Source: Nanobdellati archaeon (GTDB taxonomy: Archaea > EX4484-52 > WAPT01). From it: a DNA stretch of 64,000 nt. The first letter of the stretch is position 1. Each line of letters starts with the position of its first letter. The DNA is taken from positions 1-64,000 of the forward strand of contig WAPT01000001.1 of the NCBI GenBank assembly GCA_015520605.1, in the 5' to 3' direction. The translations under genes were made by a program, and so were the position numbers. Below, piece after piece: positions 49,076-57,643 of the stretch. Below the pieces are notes generated by a model. The model was not told the DNA's origin and made no database searches. It was given only the letters and a program-made list of their open reading frames with translations.

Positions 49076-50173
49076 ATGGTGAAGCTTGATCCCTGGGGGT
49101 CAGCGCAGATAGAAAGCTATGAAAGGCTGATGAGAGAGTTCGGCATACTGCCGTTCAGCGATGTGTTAAATAAAGTTGTTGACCCACATCCTTATATGAG
49201 AAGGGGCATAATTTACGGTCACAGAGATTTTGAAAGGATTCTCGATGCCATGAAAAAAGGTAAAGGCTATGCGATGATGACGGGATTCATGCCTTCTGGC
49301 AAGCCCCACCTTGGACATAAAATGGTGATGAACCAGATAGTGTGGTACCAGAAGCGCAAAGCCATACTTTATGTTTGTGTGGCGGACATAGAAGCGTACA
49401 CGGTAAGGAGGATTGACAGGAACAAGTGTGTTAACTTCGGCCTCGAATATCTGTCTTATCTTGTGGCAAGCGGGCTTGAGCTTGATGATAACACTGTCAT
49501 TTACTTCCAGAGCGCGAAAAATGCTGGCTATCACGCCTTCAGCAAGCTTGCCGCAAGAAAGGTGACGTTCAACGAGCTTGAAGCGATATACGGAACGCTA
49601 ACTCCGGGCAAGATAGTCTCAGCACTGACTCAAGTTGCTGATATCCTACTTCCACAGCTTGAGCATGGACCGATACCCACTGTCGTGCCCGTAGGTTCGG
49701 ATCAGGATCCGCACATAAGGCTCACAAGGGACATAGCATCCCGCTTTAAAGCCGAATACCGGTTCATCTTACCATCATCCACCTACCACAAGTTCCAGAC
49801 AGGACTTGATGGAGGGAAGATGAGCTCCTCAAAGCCATCATCTTACATAGCTCTAAATGAGCGTGAGGAGGAGATAAGGAAGAAAATTATGAATGCTTTT
49901 ACCGGAGGGAGAGTAACGCTTGAGGAGCAAAAAAGGCTTGGGGGTAATCCCGAAATCTGCACAGTCTTCGAGCTCTTTGCCTACCACCTTGAAATGGACG
50001 ATAAGGCCTTAGAGGAAATCTACAGGTCATGTAAAGAAGGCAGGAGGCTCTGTGGCCCGTGTAAAAAAGAATGTATAGAAAAGCTCGTTGAGATGCTCCA
50101 CACTCTCAATGAGAAAAAGGAAGAAGCGATGGAAAGAGTAAAGGAATTTGTGGTGCTGCCCGATGGAGCTTGA
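49076..50173 (+). CDS. trpS: Tryptophanyl-tRNA synthetase
   Basis: LDPWG, TGFMPSGKPHLGH, VPVG.DQDPH, KMSSS. Confidence 0.96.
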   Translation: MVKLDPWGSAQIESYERLMREFGILPFSDVLNKVVDPHPYMRRGIIYGHRDFERILDAMKKGKGYAMMTGFMPSGKPHLGHKMVMNQIVWYQKRKAILYVCVADIEAYTVRRIDRNKCVNFGLEYLSYLVASGLELDDNTVIYFQSAKNAGYHAFSKLAARKVTFNELEAIYGTLTPGKIVSALTQVADILLPQLEHGPIPTVVPVGSDQDPHIRLTRDIASRFKAEYRFILPSSTYHKFQTGLDGGKMSSSKPSSYIALNEREEEIRKKIMNAFTGGRVTLEEQKRLGGNPEICTVFELFAYHLEMDDKALEEIYRSCKEGRRLCGPCKKECIEKLVEMLHTLNEKKEEAMERVKEFVVLPDGA

Positions 50174-51650
50174 GAGAAATGAAGCGCTGGTGTTGAAGGC
50201 TATAGTGGATGGACATGAATACAGTCTTGGAGAGCTTGTTGAAAAGACTCGCCTCGCTTTGCCTGCTGTGGTTAAAGCTATTGAGGGTCTGAAAAAGTAT
50301 GGACTTGTGAGCGTAAGGGAAGAAAAAAGTTCTGAGTATAGTCTCACAAATGAGGGAGAACTCTCCTTGAGGGAGGGACTCGTTGAAAGAAAACTCGTTA
50401 GGGAGCTTATTGACGCTGGAGGTAACAAAAAGGTGGAAGATATTGAAACCCAACCAAAGGAAGTGGCGATTGGATGGGCAATAAGGAAGGGGTGGGTGAG
50501 AATTGAAGGTGAGGGAAAAGAGAAAAGTGTTGTTCTCACCGACAAAGGCAAGGAGCATGCCGAAACTCCGGACGAGATGGAGCTTGCACTTGAAAAAATA
50601 AGGAAAGGTGAGGATGTTGACAGAAAAATCTTGGAAATGCTTAGAAAAAGAGGGCTTATAGAGCTGGAGGAAAAAGTGGAGAGGTTCGTCAGGATAACAG
50701 GGAGGGGTGCGGAAAAAGCGAGGGAAATAAAGGAAATTAAGGAAGAGATCACCGCTTTAACTCCCGAAATAATAAGGACAGGTAAGTGGAAGCACGCTGA
50801 AATAAAGAGGTATGATGTTAAGGATCCTGTTCGTGAAATTTATCCTGCCAAAAAGCAACCTTACAGGGCTTTTCTTGATGAGGTAAAAAGAAAGCTTGTA
50901 TCGATGGGTTTCAAGGAGATGGAAGGTCCCCTCATAGAGCTTGAATTCTGGAATTTCGATGCGCTTTTCCAGCCCCAAAATCACCCAGCAAGAACGTGGA
51001 CTGATACATACAGGCTGAAATATCCCAGCCACGGTAGGCTTCCATCCAAGAAACTGGTGGAGAGGGTCAAAAAAACTCATGAAAATGGCTGGAAGACTGG
51101 CTCGAAAGGGTGGGGATACAAATGGAGTGAGGAAATAGCGAGCAGGCTGATGCCGAGAGCACAAGGTACAGCGCTTTCTGCAAGAACTCTCGCCTCTCTT
51201 CCGGAGATTCCCGGCAAGTATTTTGCGATAGCGAGGTGTTACAGACCGGATAAGCTTGATGCCACCCATCTAATTGAGTTCAATCAGGTGGAAGGGATAG
51301 TTATAGGGAAGGGTCTGAACTTCAGGCACATTCTTGGCATCCTGAAGAAGTTTGCTGTGGAGGTGGCAAGAGCTGAAGACGTGAGATTTTATCCCGATTA
51401 TTACCCCTTCACCGAGCCATCCGTTCAGCTCTCAGCCAAGCATCCTGAGCTAGGCTGGGTTGAGCTGGGAGGAGCGGGGATCTTCAGGGAGGAGGTCACA
51501 AAGCCTCTCGGAATCGATGTGCCGGTAATCGCCTGTGGGTTGGGCATTGACAGGCTCGCAATGTTCAAACTTGGCATAAGAGATATAAGGTATCTTTTCA
51601 GCTACGACCTCAAATGGATAAGAAAGCACAGCTCGATCATAACCCTTTGA
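50163..51650 (+). CDS. pheS: Phenylalanyl-tRNA synthetase alpha subunit
   Basis: N-terminal HTH extensions, FWNFDALFQPQNHPAR, DATHLIEF.Q, YPFTEPS, GLGIDRL. Confidence 0.97.
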   Translation: MELERNEALVLKAIVDGHEYSLGELVEKTRLALPAVVKAIEGLKKYGLVSVREEKSSEYSLTNEGELSLREGLVERKLVRELIDAGGNKKVEDIETQPKEVAIGWAIRKGWVRIEGEGKEKSVVLTDKGKEHAETPDEMELALEKIRKGEDVDRKILEMLRKRGLIELEEKVERFVRITGRGAEKAREIKEIKEEITALTPEIIRTGKWKHAEIKRYDVKDPVREIYPAKKQPYRAFLDEVKRKLVSMGFKEMEGPLIELEFWNFDALFQPQNHPARTWTDTYRLKYPSHGRLPSKKLVERVKKTHENGWKTGSKGWGYKWSEEIASRLMPRAQGTALSARTLASLPEIPGKYFAIARCYRPDKLDATHLIEFNQVEGIVIGKGLNFRHILGILKKFAVEVARAEDVRFYPDYYPFTEPSVQLSAKHPELGWVELGGAGIFREEVTKPLGIDVPVIACGLGIDRLAMFKLGIRDIRYLFSYDLKWIRKHSSIITL

Positions 51651-51670
51651 GCTTGAAGGGTGGTTGGTTT

Positions 51671-53347
51671 ATGCCTACAATAGAGGTAAAGAGGGATGAT
51701 CTTGAAAGCCTTATAGGTAGGAAAGCTTCAAGCATCGAGGAACTGGAAGAGTGGCTGATGTGGGCGAAAGCAGAACTTGATGGTGTAGATGACAACATTC
51801 TCAAGGTTGATGTGAAGGACACGAACCGCCCGGATTTATGGAGTGTGGAGGGTATAGCGAGGGAGATAAAGGGAAGGCTGAAAATAGAGAGAGGTCTTCC
51901 ACAGTACAGAGTTGAAAGTAGTGATGTTGAGGTTTTTGTGGATAAGAAGCTTAAGGACATCAGGCCAGCCATAGCATGTGCCATAGTTAAGGGTGTGGAT
52001 CTCGATGATGAGGCCATAAGGCAACTCATGCAGCTTCAGGAAAAGATACACCACACCTTCGGGAGAAGAAGGGAGTACGTTGCGATTGGTGTTTCTAATT
52101 TCGATAAGATAAGTCCGCCCATATATTATAAGGCCGTAAAGCCGAAGGAGATAAAATTCCCTCCGCTGGGATATGATGAGGAGATGACGCCTGCGGAGAT
52201 TCTGGAAAAACATCCTAAGGGGCAGGAATACGGCCACCTCATAAACGGATTTTCACGCTATCCCATACTTGTTGATTCAAAGGGAGAAGTTATCTCGATG
52301 CCTCCGATAATAAACTCAAACACGATAGGGAAAGTTGATGAGCACACCAGAAATCTGTTTATAGATGTTACAGGGCTGAGATATGAGGATGTTCTCACGG
52401 CTCTCAACGTTATGGTGACCGTGCTCGCTGATAGAGGGGGCAGGATACACTCTGTCGTTATTCATAGTCCAGACGGAGATATAACAACTCCAGACCTCAC
52501 CCCAAAGGAGGTGGTGGTGGATGCTAACAAAGTGAGGGAGATACTGGGTGTTGAGATTTCGGATCATGAAATAGTTGAGCTCCTGAAGGATGCGAGGTAT
52601 GATGCAGAAGTTGCTACGGAGGGCAAAATTGTTGCGAGGTATCTCCCCACAAGGAACGACATTCTTCACTGGAGGGATGTTGCAGAGGATGTTGCAATAA
52701 GCTTTGGTTACAACGACTTCCTGCCGGAAGAGGTCAGAATAGGAACAACGGGCGAGCTGAGCAGGAGGGAGCTTCTATCTGATAAGATAAGGGAGCTGAT
52801 GATAGGCTACGGGCTGCAGGAGGTGATGACATTCACCCTCACCAACAAGGATGTGCTCTTCAAAAAGATGAACAGGAAGGAGGAAGATGTGGTGAAGATC
52901 GCAAACCCCGTATCCTCCAGCTGGACAACAATTAGGAACGCAATACTGCCCTGTCTCATTGAATTTTTATCACGAAACACTCATGTTGAATATCCCCAGC
53001 GTGTATTTGAGGTGGGAGAGGTTGTTGTAATAGATCCAAGTGATAAGGAAAGCGGCACGAGGACCAAAAGACATCTTGCAATAGCCATAGCCTCAAGTAC
53101 GGCATCCTTCACCGAAATAAAGGAGATCGTTGATTCATTCGCAAAGCAGCTCAAACTCTCGTTCGATTACGAGGAGACCGAGGATGGTGCTTTTCTGGAA
53201 GGGAGACGCGCAGCAATAATGCTTGAAGGAAAAAGGATAGGAGTTATGGGCGAGGTGCACCCCGCCGTGCTGAACAACTGGGATATCGAAATGCCGATGG
53301 TAGCAGCTGAGATTGATCTGGAGGAGATCTTTAGGGTTCTGAAGTAG
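51671..53347 (+). CDS. pheT: Phenylalanyl-tRNA synthetase beta subunit
   Basis: MPTI, NRPDLWSVEGIAR, S.PPIINS, R.DILH..DV.ED.AI, GEVHP. Confidence 0.97.
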   Translation: MPTIEVKRDDLESLIGRKASSIEELEEWLMWAKAELDGVDDNILKVDVKDTNRPDLWSVEGIAREIKGRLKIERGLPQYRVESSDVEVFVDKKLKDIRPAIACAIVKGVDLDDEAIRQLMQLQEKIHHTFGRRREYVAIGVSNFDKISPPIYYKAVKPKEIKFPPLGYDEEMTPAEILEKHPKGQEYGHLINGFSRYPILVDSKGEVISMPPIINSNTIGKVDEHTRNLFIDVTGLRYEDVLTALNVMVTVLADRGGRIHSVVIHSPDGDITTPDLTPKEVVVDANKVREILGVEISDHEIVELLKDARYDAEVATEGKIVARYLPTRNDILHWRDVAEDVAISFGYNDFLPEEVRIGTTGELSRRELLSDKIRELMIGYGLQEVMTFTLTNKDVLFKKMNRKEEDVVKIANPVSSSWTTIRNAILPCLIEFLSRNTHVEYPQRVFEVGEVVVIDPSDKESGTRTKRHLAIAIASSTASFTEIKEIVDSFAKQLKLSFDYEETEDGAFLEGRRAAIMLEGKRIGVMGEVHPAVLNNWDIEMPMVAAEIDLEEIFRVLK

Positions 53348-53355
53348 TAAAAAGC

Positions 53356-53568
53356 TCATTCATTCATCATTTTTCCTCGGGACTTAGAAGAGCTCTTACC
53401 ATTCGGAAGCACATCCTGAAGTGCTTTCAAAAGCTCCTCAGCCTGATGAATATCGAGAAACACTCTGCAGGAATCTCCGAACTGGATCACATAATCATAC
53501 CTCATACCGTTGTACTTTCTCACCACCACCTTATCAACATTGTCGAGAAGCACTGAACCTCTAAACAT
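53356..53568 (-). CDS. Small hypothetical protein (70 aa)
   Basis: Fills the gap between pheT and the GH130 gene. GCGGGGA SD-like sequence upstream. Confidence 0.55.
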   Translation of the reverse strand: MFRGSVLLDNVDKVVVRKYNGMRYDYVIQFGDSCRVFLDIHQAEELLKALQDVLPNGKSSSKSRGKMMNE

Positions 53569-53656
53569 GGATTATCCCCGCAGTTAGGAAGGAAGCGTGC
53601 AAAAATTATTAAAGATTCCTTCAGGCTATGTGCTACGCTTGTGTGGTTATTGTGTC

Positions 53657-54721
53657 TTACTCCATCCTTCCTTTGTCCAAGATGTGCATAAGCTCATCGA
53701 GAGGTATCCTTGCGATACACGCAAAGGAATCTGCTGCTCCGTAGGAAATCAGAATGCTGTCATCAACTTTAACGGCTCCGCAAGGGAAGATGGTGAGGGA
53801 ATTATCGCCGAAGAGTTCGTAGGGCTCACGCGGGCTCATTATGTAAAAAGGTGTGATCGCCTCCACTTCCATATTATTTCTGTTCATTAACATCGCGAAC
53901 ACGCTGTATCTCTCCAACTCCCTCTCCACCGCATGAAGAAAGATCAGGAGCTTCCCGTCAATTTCAAGCGGAGGTGTTCCCCACCCGACCTTGTCCTCAA
54001 ACCTCTCCTGCAGCAGTATTTCTCGAGTGTTCTTAACTTCAATCTCCTTTAGCCCTGAAGAGTTGAAATCGATTCCATCAACACCGCTCACTAACATGGA
54101 AAATCTACCCCTAAGATCGTGGGCTCTGTGAAAGAACATTACACCGTCTTTACTTCTCACAAAAAATGCATTTTTGTTGGACACAATACCAAGCTTTCTC
54201 GTTGATTCCTCCCCGAAATCGGTTGCGAATTTTTTCACCCATTCACCTTTCTCGAGTACTGCGGTAACCGGTATTGTTCTTCTAAGGGCTCCCCGAATAA
54301 AATAATTGTGAGTCCTGCCCGTGTAGGTCATTAGGAGTTTGTTGTCCATCCAGTAAACCCTTGGATCCTCAGCACCCATCACATCGTATTTGGTGTTCGG
54401 GTAGGTTACGATTTTTGCCCTCCATTTATCTCCGTTCTTTTCTTTTTGGTCTAGCTCAACAATCCCGCTGACGTATCTGTAGTAGCCAATAACAACCCTC
54501 GCATATATTTTGAGGGCATCATCCACAAGGACTACGGATGGGTTGAATATTGCTGCGGGTCTGGAAACGGGGAAGTTTTCTATCACAACTTTTTCAGAAG
54601 AGATCACAACCTCCCTTTTGGCTATATCTTTAGTTGTGTTTTCCCTTCTACCTCTTAAATCCAGAAAGGTGGGGAATGCGGATCCGGGAGTGCTTCCATC
54701 TTCAGCTTTTAGCCCTCCCAT
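53657..54721 (-). CDS. GH130 (DUF377) mannoside phosphorylase/glycosidase
   Basis: AIFNPS, GAEDPRV, MTYT, NKNA, FPCGAV, ISYGAAD. Start at ATG 54721 is more likely than 54802. Confidence 0.85.
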   Translation of the reverse strand: MGGLKAEDGSTPGSAFPTFLDLRGRRENTTKDIAKREVVISSEKVVIENFPVSRPAAIFNPSVVLVDDALKIYARVVIGYYRYVSGIVELDQKEKNGDKWRAKIVTYPNTKYDVMGAEDPRVYWMDNKLLMTYTGRTHNYFIRGALRRTIPVTAVLEKGEWVKKFATDFGEESTRKLGIVSNKNAFFVRSKDGVMFFHRAHDLRGRFSMLVSGVDGIDFNSSGLKEIEVKNTREILLQERFEDKVGWGTPPLEIDGKLLIFLHAVERELERYSVFAMLMNRNNMEVEAITPFYIMSPREPYELFGDNSLTIFPCGAVKVDDSILISYGAADSFACIARIPLDELMHILDKGRME

Positions 54722-54806
54722 CCTATCCACGCTTCCATAGCCATAATTATTGTTATAATTTCGTGCACAATATGCTGTACACGAACGTGTTTTGCACACC
54801 ACCGGA

Positions 54807-55580
54807 TTATCTTCTCAGGAAACCAAAAAGCCTAGCGAGTAGTCCCCTCCTCTCAACCGACGGAGGTGTCCATTCAATACCCGCAAGTTTCGCTGCAAGC
54901 GCTTTTATTTCAATGGCCGCCCTCGAATCCGGAGCGTACAAAACAAGAGGTGTTTTCGCTGCTATGGACTCATCAACTTTGGGTTCTTCCGGAACCATCG
55001 ATATTACCGGGTATCCGAGCAGGGACTCGACATCATCCACTGTAAGCTCATGCTGTGTGTTCTTTACCCTGTTGAGCACAACCCCCAAAATGTGTGAGCC
55101 GAATTCCTCAGCCAGCTTGATAACCTTGAGAGCATCAGTAACTGAGGGCAAGTCAGGGTTGGTCACCACCAGCACTTCATCCGTGGCTTCCATCCCGGTG
55201 AGTGGTTCCCTTCCAAGCCCCGCAGCTCCGTCGAGAATGACAAAGTCGTGAGTTCCCAACAGCTCAAGAAGTATCTCAGTCAGTTTTTCTGGCTTGGTCG
55301 ACTTAAGATCTGATATGGATATGCTCCCAGGGATTACTTTCAGTCCAGAAGGATGCACGTATATCGCTTCCTCGATGTTGGCCTCCCCCCTTAAAATGTC
55401 GTGTATGGTTTTAGGGTAGAGAGGCACACCGAGATGAAAACCGAGGTGAGGGGTCGTAAAGTTACCGTCTATGATTAGAGTGTTCATGCCAAACTCGTTC
55501 AGCGCCGCTCCGAGGTTTGCGGCCACAGTGGTTTTCCCCACACCACCCTTTCCAGAAGCAACACATATGAGCCTGGTCAT
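54807..55580 (-). CDS. minD: MinD-family ATPase (archaeal cell-division type)
   Basis: SGKGGVGKTT, VLNRV, and a C-terminal amphipathic helix GLLARLFGFLRR. Confidence 0.92.
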   Translation of the reverse strand: MTRLICVASGKGGVGKTTVAANLGAALNEFGMNTLIIDGNFTTPHLGFHLGVPLYPKTIHDILRGEANIEEAIYVHPSGLKVIPGSISISDLKSTKPEKLTEILLELLGTHDFVILDGAAGLGREPLTGMEATDEVLVVTNPDLPSVTDALKVIKLAEEFGSHILGVVLNRVKNTQHELTVDDVESLLGYPVISMVPEEPKVDESIAAKTPLVLYAPDSRAAIEIKALAAKLAGIEWTPPSVERRGLLARLFGFLRR

Positions 55581-56022
55581 CTCCCATCACCAATTTTACG
55601 GATTGTTTAATATATCGAGAGAAAGTAATTTAAAAGTAAAAGTCTTCCGCTTGGGCGAAAGAAAACCCTGAGAACAATCTCAGGGAGTATCCAAAGTTTT
55701 TTTACTTCGGTAGATAGCAACCCGATCAGCGCCATTAGAAATGATTTTTCGATAATAATGGGTCGTCGTTTTCGGCCAACATCATTCCCGCAGACGTAGC
55801 CATCCACGACTGCAAATAACTCAGCACGACTCTCCTTCTGTATTGCAAGAAGATCCGACAGAAGCTCCGACAGCACCTCATGAATTTTTTAGATAATTGT
55901 GCGAATGCACTCTAAGCTTTTGGAGAAAAAGATGCCTGTTCCATATTGGTCAGCAGGATGTGGTCTGTACTGCTTCAGAAGATGTTCCTAACCGCGGGCC
56001 ACCAAACTTCACACCACACCGC

Positions 56023-56985
56023 TCATTCCCGAAAAAACACACCCATAGCAATTACCCCAACCAGAACTGCGAACCAGAGAGTTAATGCCCTGAAAACCAG
56101 TGTTGCTGCTGTCGCGCTTGCCCTTTCCATTCCAGAAAGCGAGAGCAGAGATATCATTGAAAGCTCCGCTACACCGATTCCTCCCGGAAGCATGCTGATT
56201 ACCCCTGCAAGCGTTGAGAGCGCAAAGATAAAAACAGCCGAGCTGAGGGAAACTTTAAATGATAGCGCTTTCAAGATGAGGTAAAGACCAAGGCATTCCA
56301 TAAACCATGATCCCGCGCTCAACAAACTCATCAGTAACAAAGGCTTCAAGCCAAACATCCTCTGAACATCTTTGGCAAAATCATTATGTTTTATCCCTTT
56401 TCTCCTACGAGCGGGAACTCTGCTCAGGAGAACCTTGAGGAACATGTTCCTCCTTACAATTAGGACAAAGATCAAGAAGAAAAGAACAACCAATATAGAC
56501 GCCTTTAGAACTGAAGACAGTAAGCTTTTGTCATCCCCTATAGTAAGATAAGTAAGATTTCCTCTGGAGAATTCTATTCCAATGGCTCCGATCCCCAGAA
56601 GTACAGCCATGGCTATAACATCCGTCACCCTCTCCGCAAGGATGGCAAGAACACCCTTCCTCATTTCTACACCGTGCCTCTCCTTTAAAAGGTATGCCTT
56701 GACAACCTCACCAAACTTTCCGGGACTTAAGGTTAAGGATAGACCTGCAAGGAATATTTTAGTGTTGTCAGAGAACGGTACTTTCGCTCCGGCAAGCTTT
56801 GTGTAGTAGTGCCACTTAACACTTCTCAACAGATAGTTGGTCATGCTAAGCACACACACGAGAAGCACCACAGGAAGCTCTATGTTTATTATCAGCATGG
56901 ATGTCTCATTCCAGTTTGACCAGATCAGAAGAGAAAGATAAAGGAGAGACGCAGCAACGATAATAAATGATATGCGCATATTCAT
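56023..56985 (-). CDS. Lysylphosphatidylglycerol-synthase TM / putative flippase (UPF0104)
   Basis: LR..KW, SPGKFGE..K, ER..D, PGGIG.AE, FR.LTLW. Confidence 0.85.
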   Translation of the reverse strand: MNMRISFIIVAASLLYLSLLIWSNWNETSMLIINIELPVVLLVCVLSMTNYLLRSVKWHYYTKLAGAKVPFSDNTKIFLAGLSLTLSPGKFGEVVKAYLLKERHGVEMRKGVLAILAERVTDVIAMAVLLGIGAIGIEFSRGNLTYLTIGDDKSLLSSVLKASILVVLFFLIFVLIVRRNMFLKVLLSRVPARRRKGIKHNDFAKDVQRMFGLKPLLLMSLLSAGSWFMECLGLYLILKALSFKVSLSSAVFIFALSTLAGVISMLPGGIGVAELSMISLLSLSGMERASATAATLVFRALTLWFAVLVGVIAMGVFFRE

Positions 56986-57042
56986 TCAAACAAGGGTAAA
57001 AGTAAATTTTAAATAAGTGTTGACACTCATTATTACGGTATT

Positions 57043-57141
57043 ATGAAAATGATCAACAGGTTCTGTGCAAGGAATGGTAGAGAGAAGGCTGAGAGAGATC
57101 TCGATCTTCTTCTTCTAAGGCTAGTGGTACTACTACAGTGA
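57043..57141 (+). CDS. Candidate 32-aa Leu-rich mini-ORF (possible leader peptide), not in the ORF track
   Basis: ATG 57043 to TGA 57141 reads MKMINRFCARNGREKAERDLDLLLLRLVVLLQ. A TATA-like TTTTAAATA lies at 57007-57015. Confidence 0.35.
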   Translation: MKMINRFCARNGREKAERDLDLLLLRLVVLLQ

Positions 57142-57226
57142 TCATCTCACAGGTTCCTTCCTGCTAACTCTTCTTTTCACTCAGTTTTGTTTGATTTTTC
57201 TTAAAAAACTTCCGGAGGTGGTTGTG

Positions 57227-57598
57227 ATGTCCTCTCAACATACCTCTGCGGTGGAAAAGGAAAGGGCTGATGGCTGGCTGGATAAGATTTACAGGGAGAT
57301 GGCGAAGCTTGACCCATACATGAATGAGGAGGAGATGAGGGAAGCTCTTCCAGAATGGCAGCTGAAACCTATAGCAAACTTTTGGGGATGTCCAAGTAAT
57401 GGAGAATATAAGAATGTGGAAGAAGTTGCCAGCCAATGTTACCGTGTTTTTGAAGAAGCGTTCAGCGAGGCGATGAGGTTCGGAAACTACAAAAAGCCTA
57501 TAAGCGATGTTTATGCATGCGGTAACAGACTTACCATCTGGGTTGCAGAGGGGCAGAAGCAGATCGTGTTTGAAAGGGAGAACGGCACCATAATTTAA
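57227..57598 (+). CDS. Hypothetical protein (about 123 aa)
   Basis: Strong SD GGAGGTG (57214-57220) before GTG 57224/ATG 57227. Protein-like composition. Confidence 0.7.
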   Translation: MSSQHTSAVEKERADGWLDKIYREMAKLDPYMNEEEMREALPEWQLKPIANFWGCPSNGEYKNVEEVASQCYRVFEEAFSEAMRFGNYKKPISDVYACGNRLTIWVAEGQKQIVFERENGTII

Positions 57599-57643
57599 AT
57601 TAATTGATAGCCGACTGTGTAAAAGTGGTCCGGGGTGGTGAAG

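Noticed and set aside
49051-49089. Mini-ORF MSPIVVLLNGEA overlapping the trpS start as a Trp leader peptide
   Set aside because: It contains no Trp codons and is probably chance.
55607-55876. 89-aa minus-strand ORF upstream of minD
   Set aside because: No motif or convincing SD, and it runs across the minD promoter. It may be a gene remnant but is unsupported.
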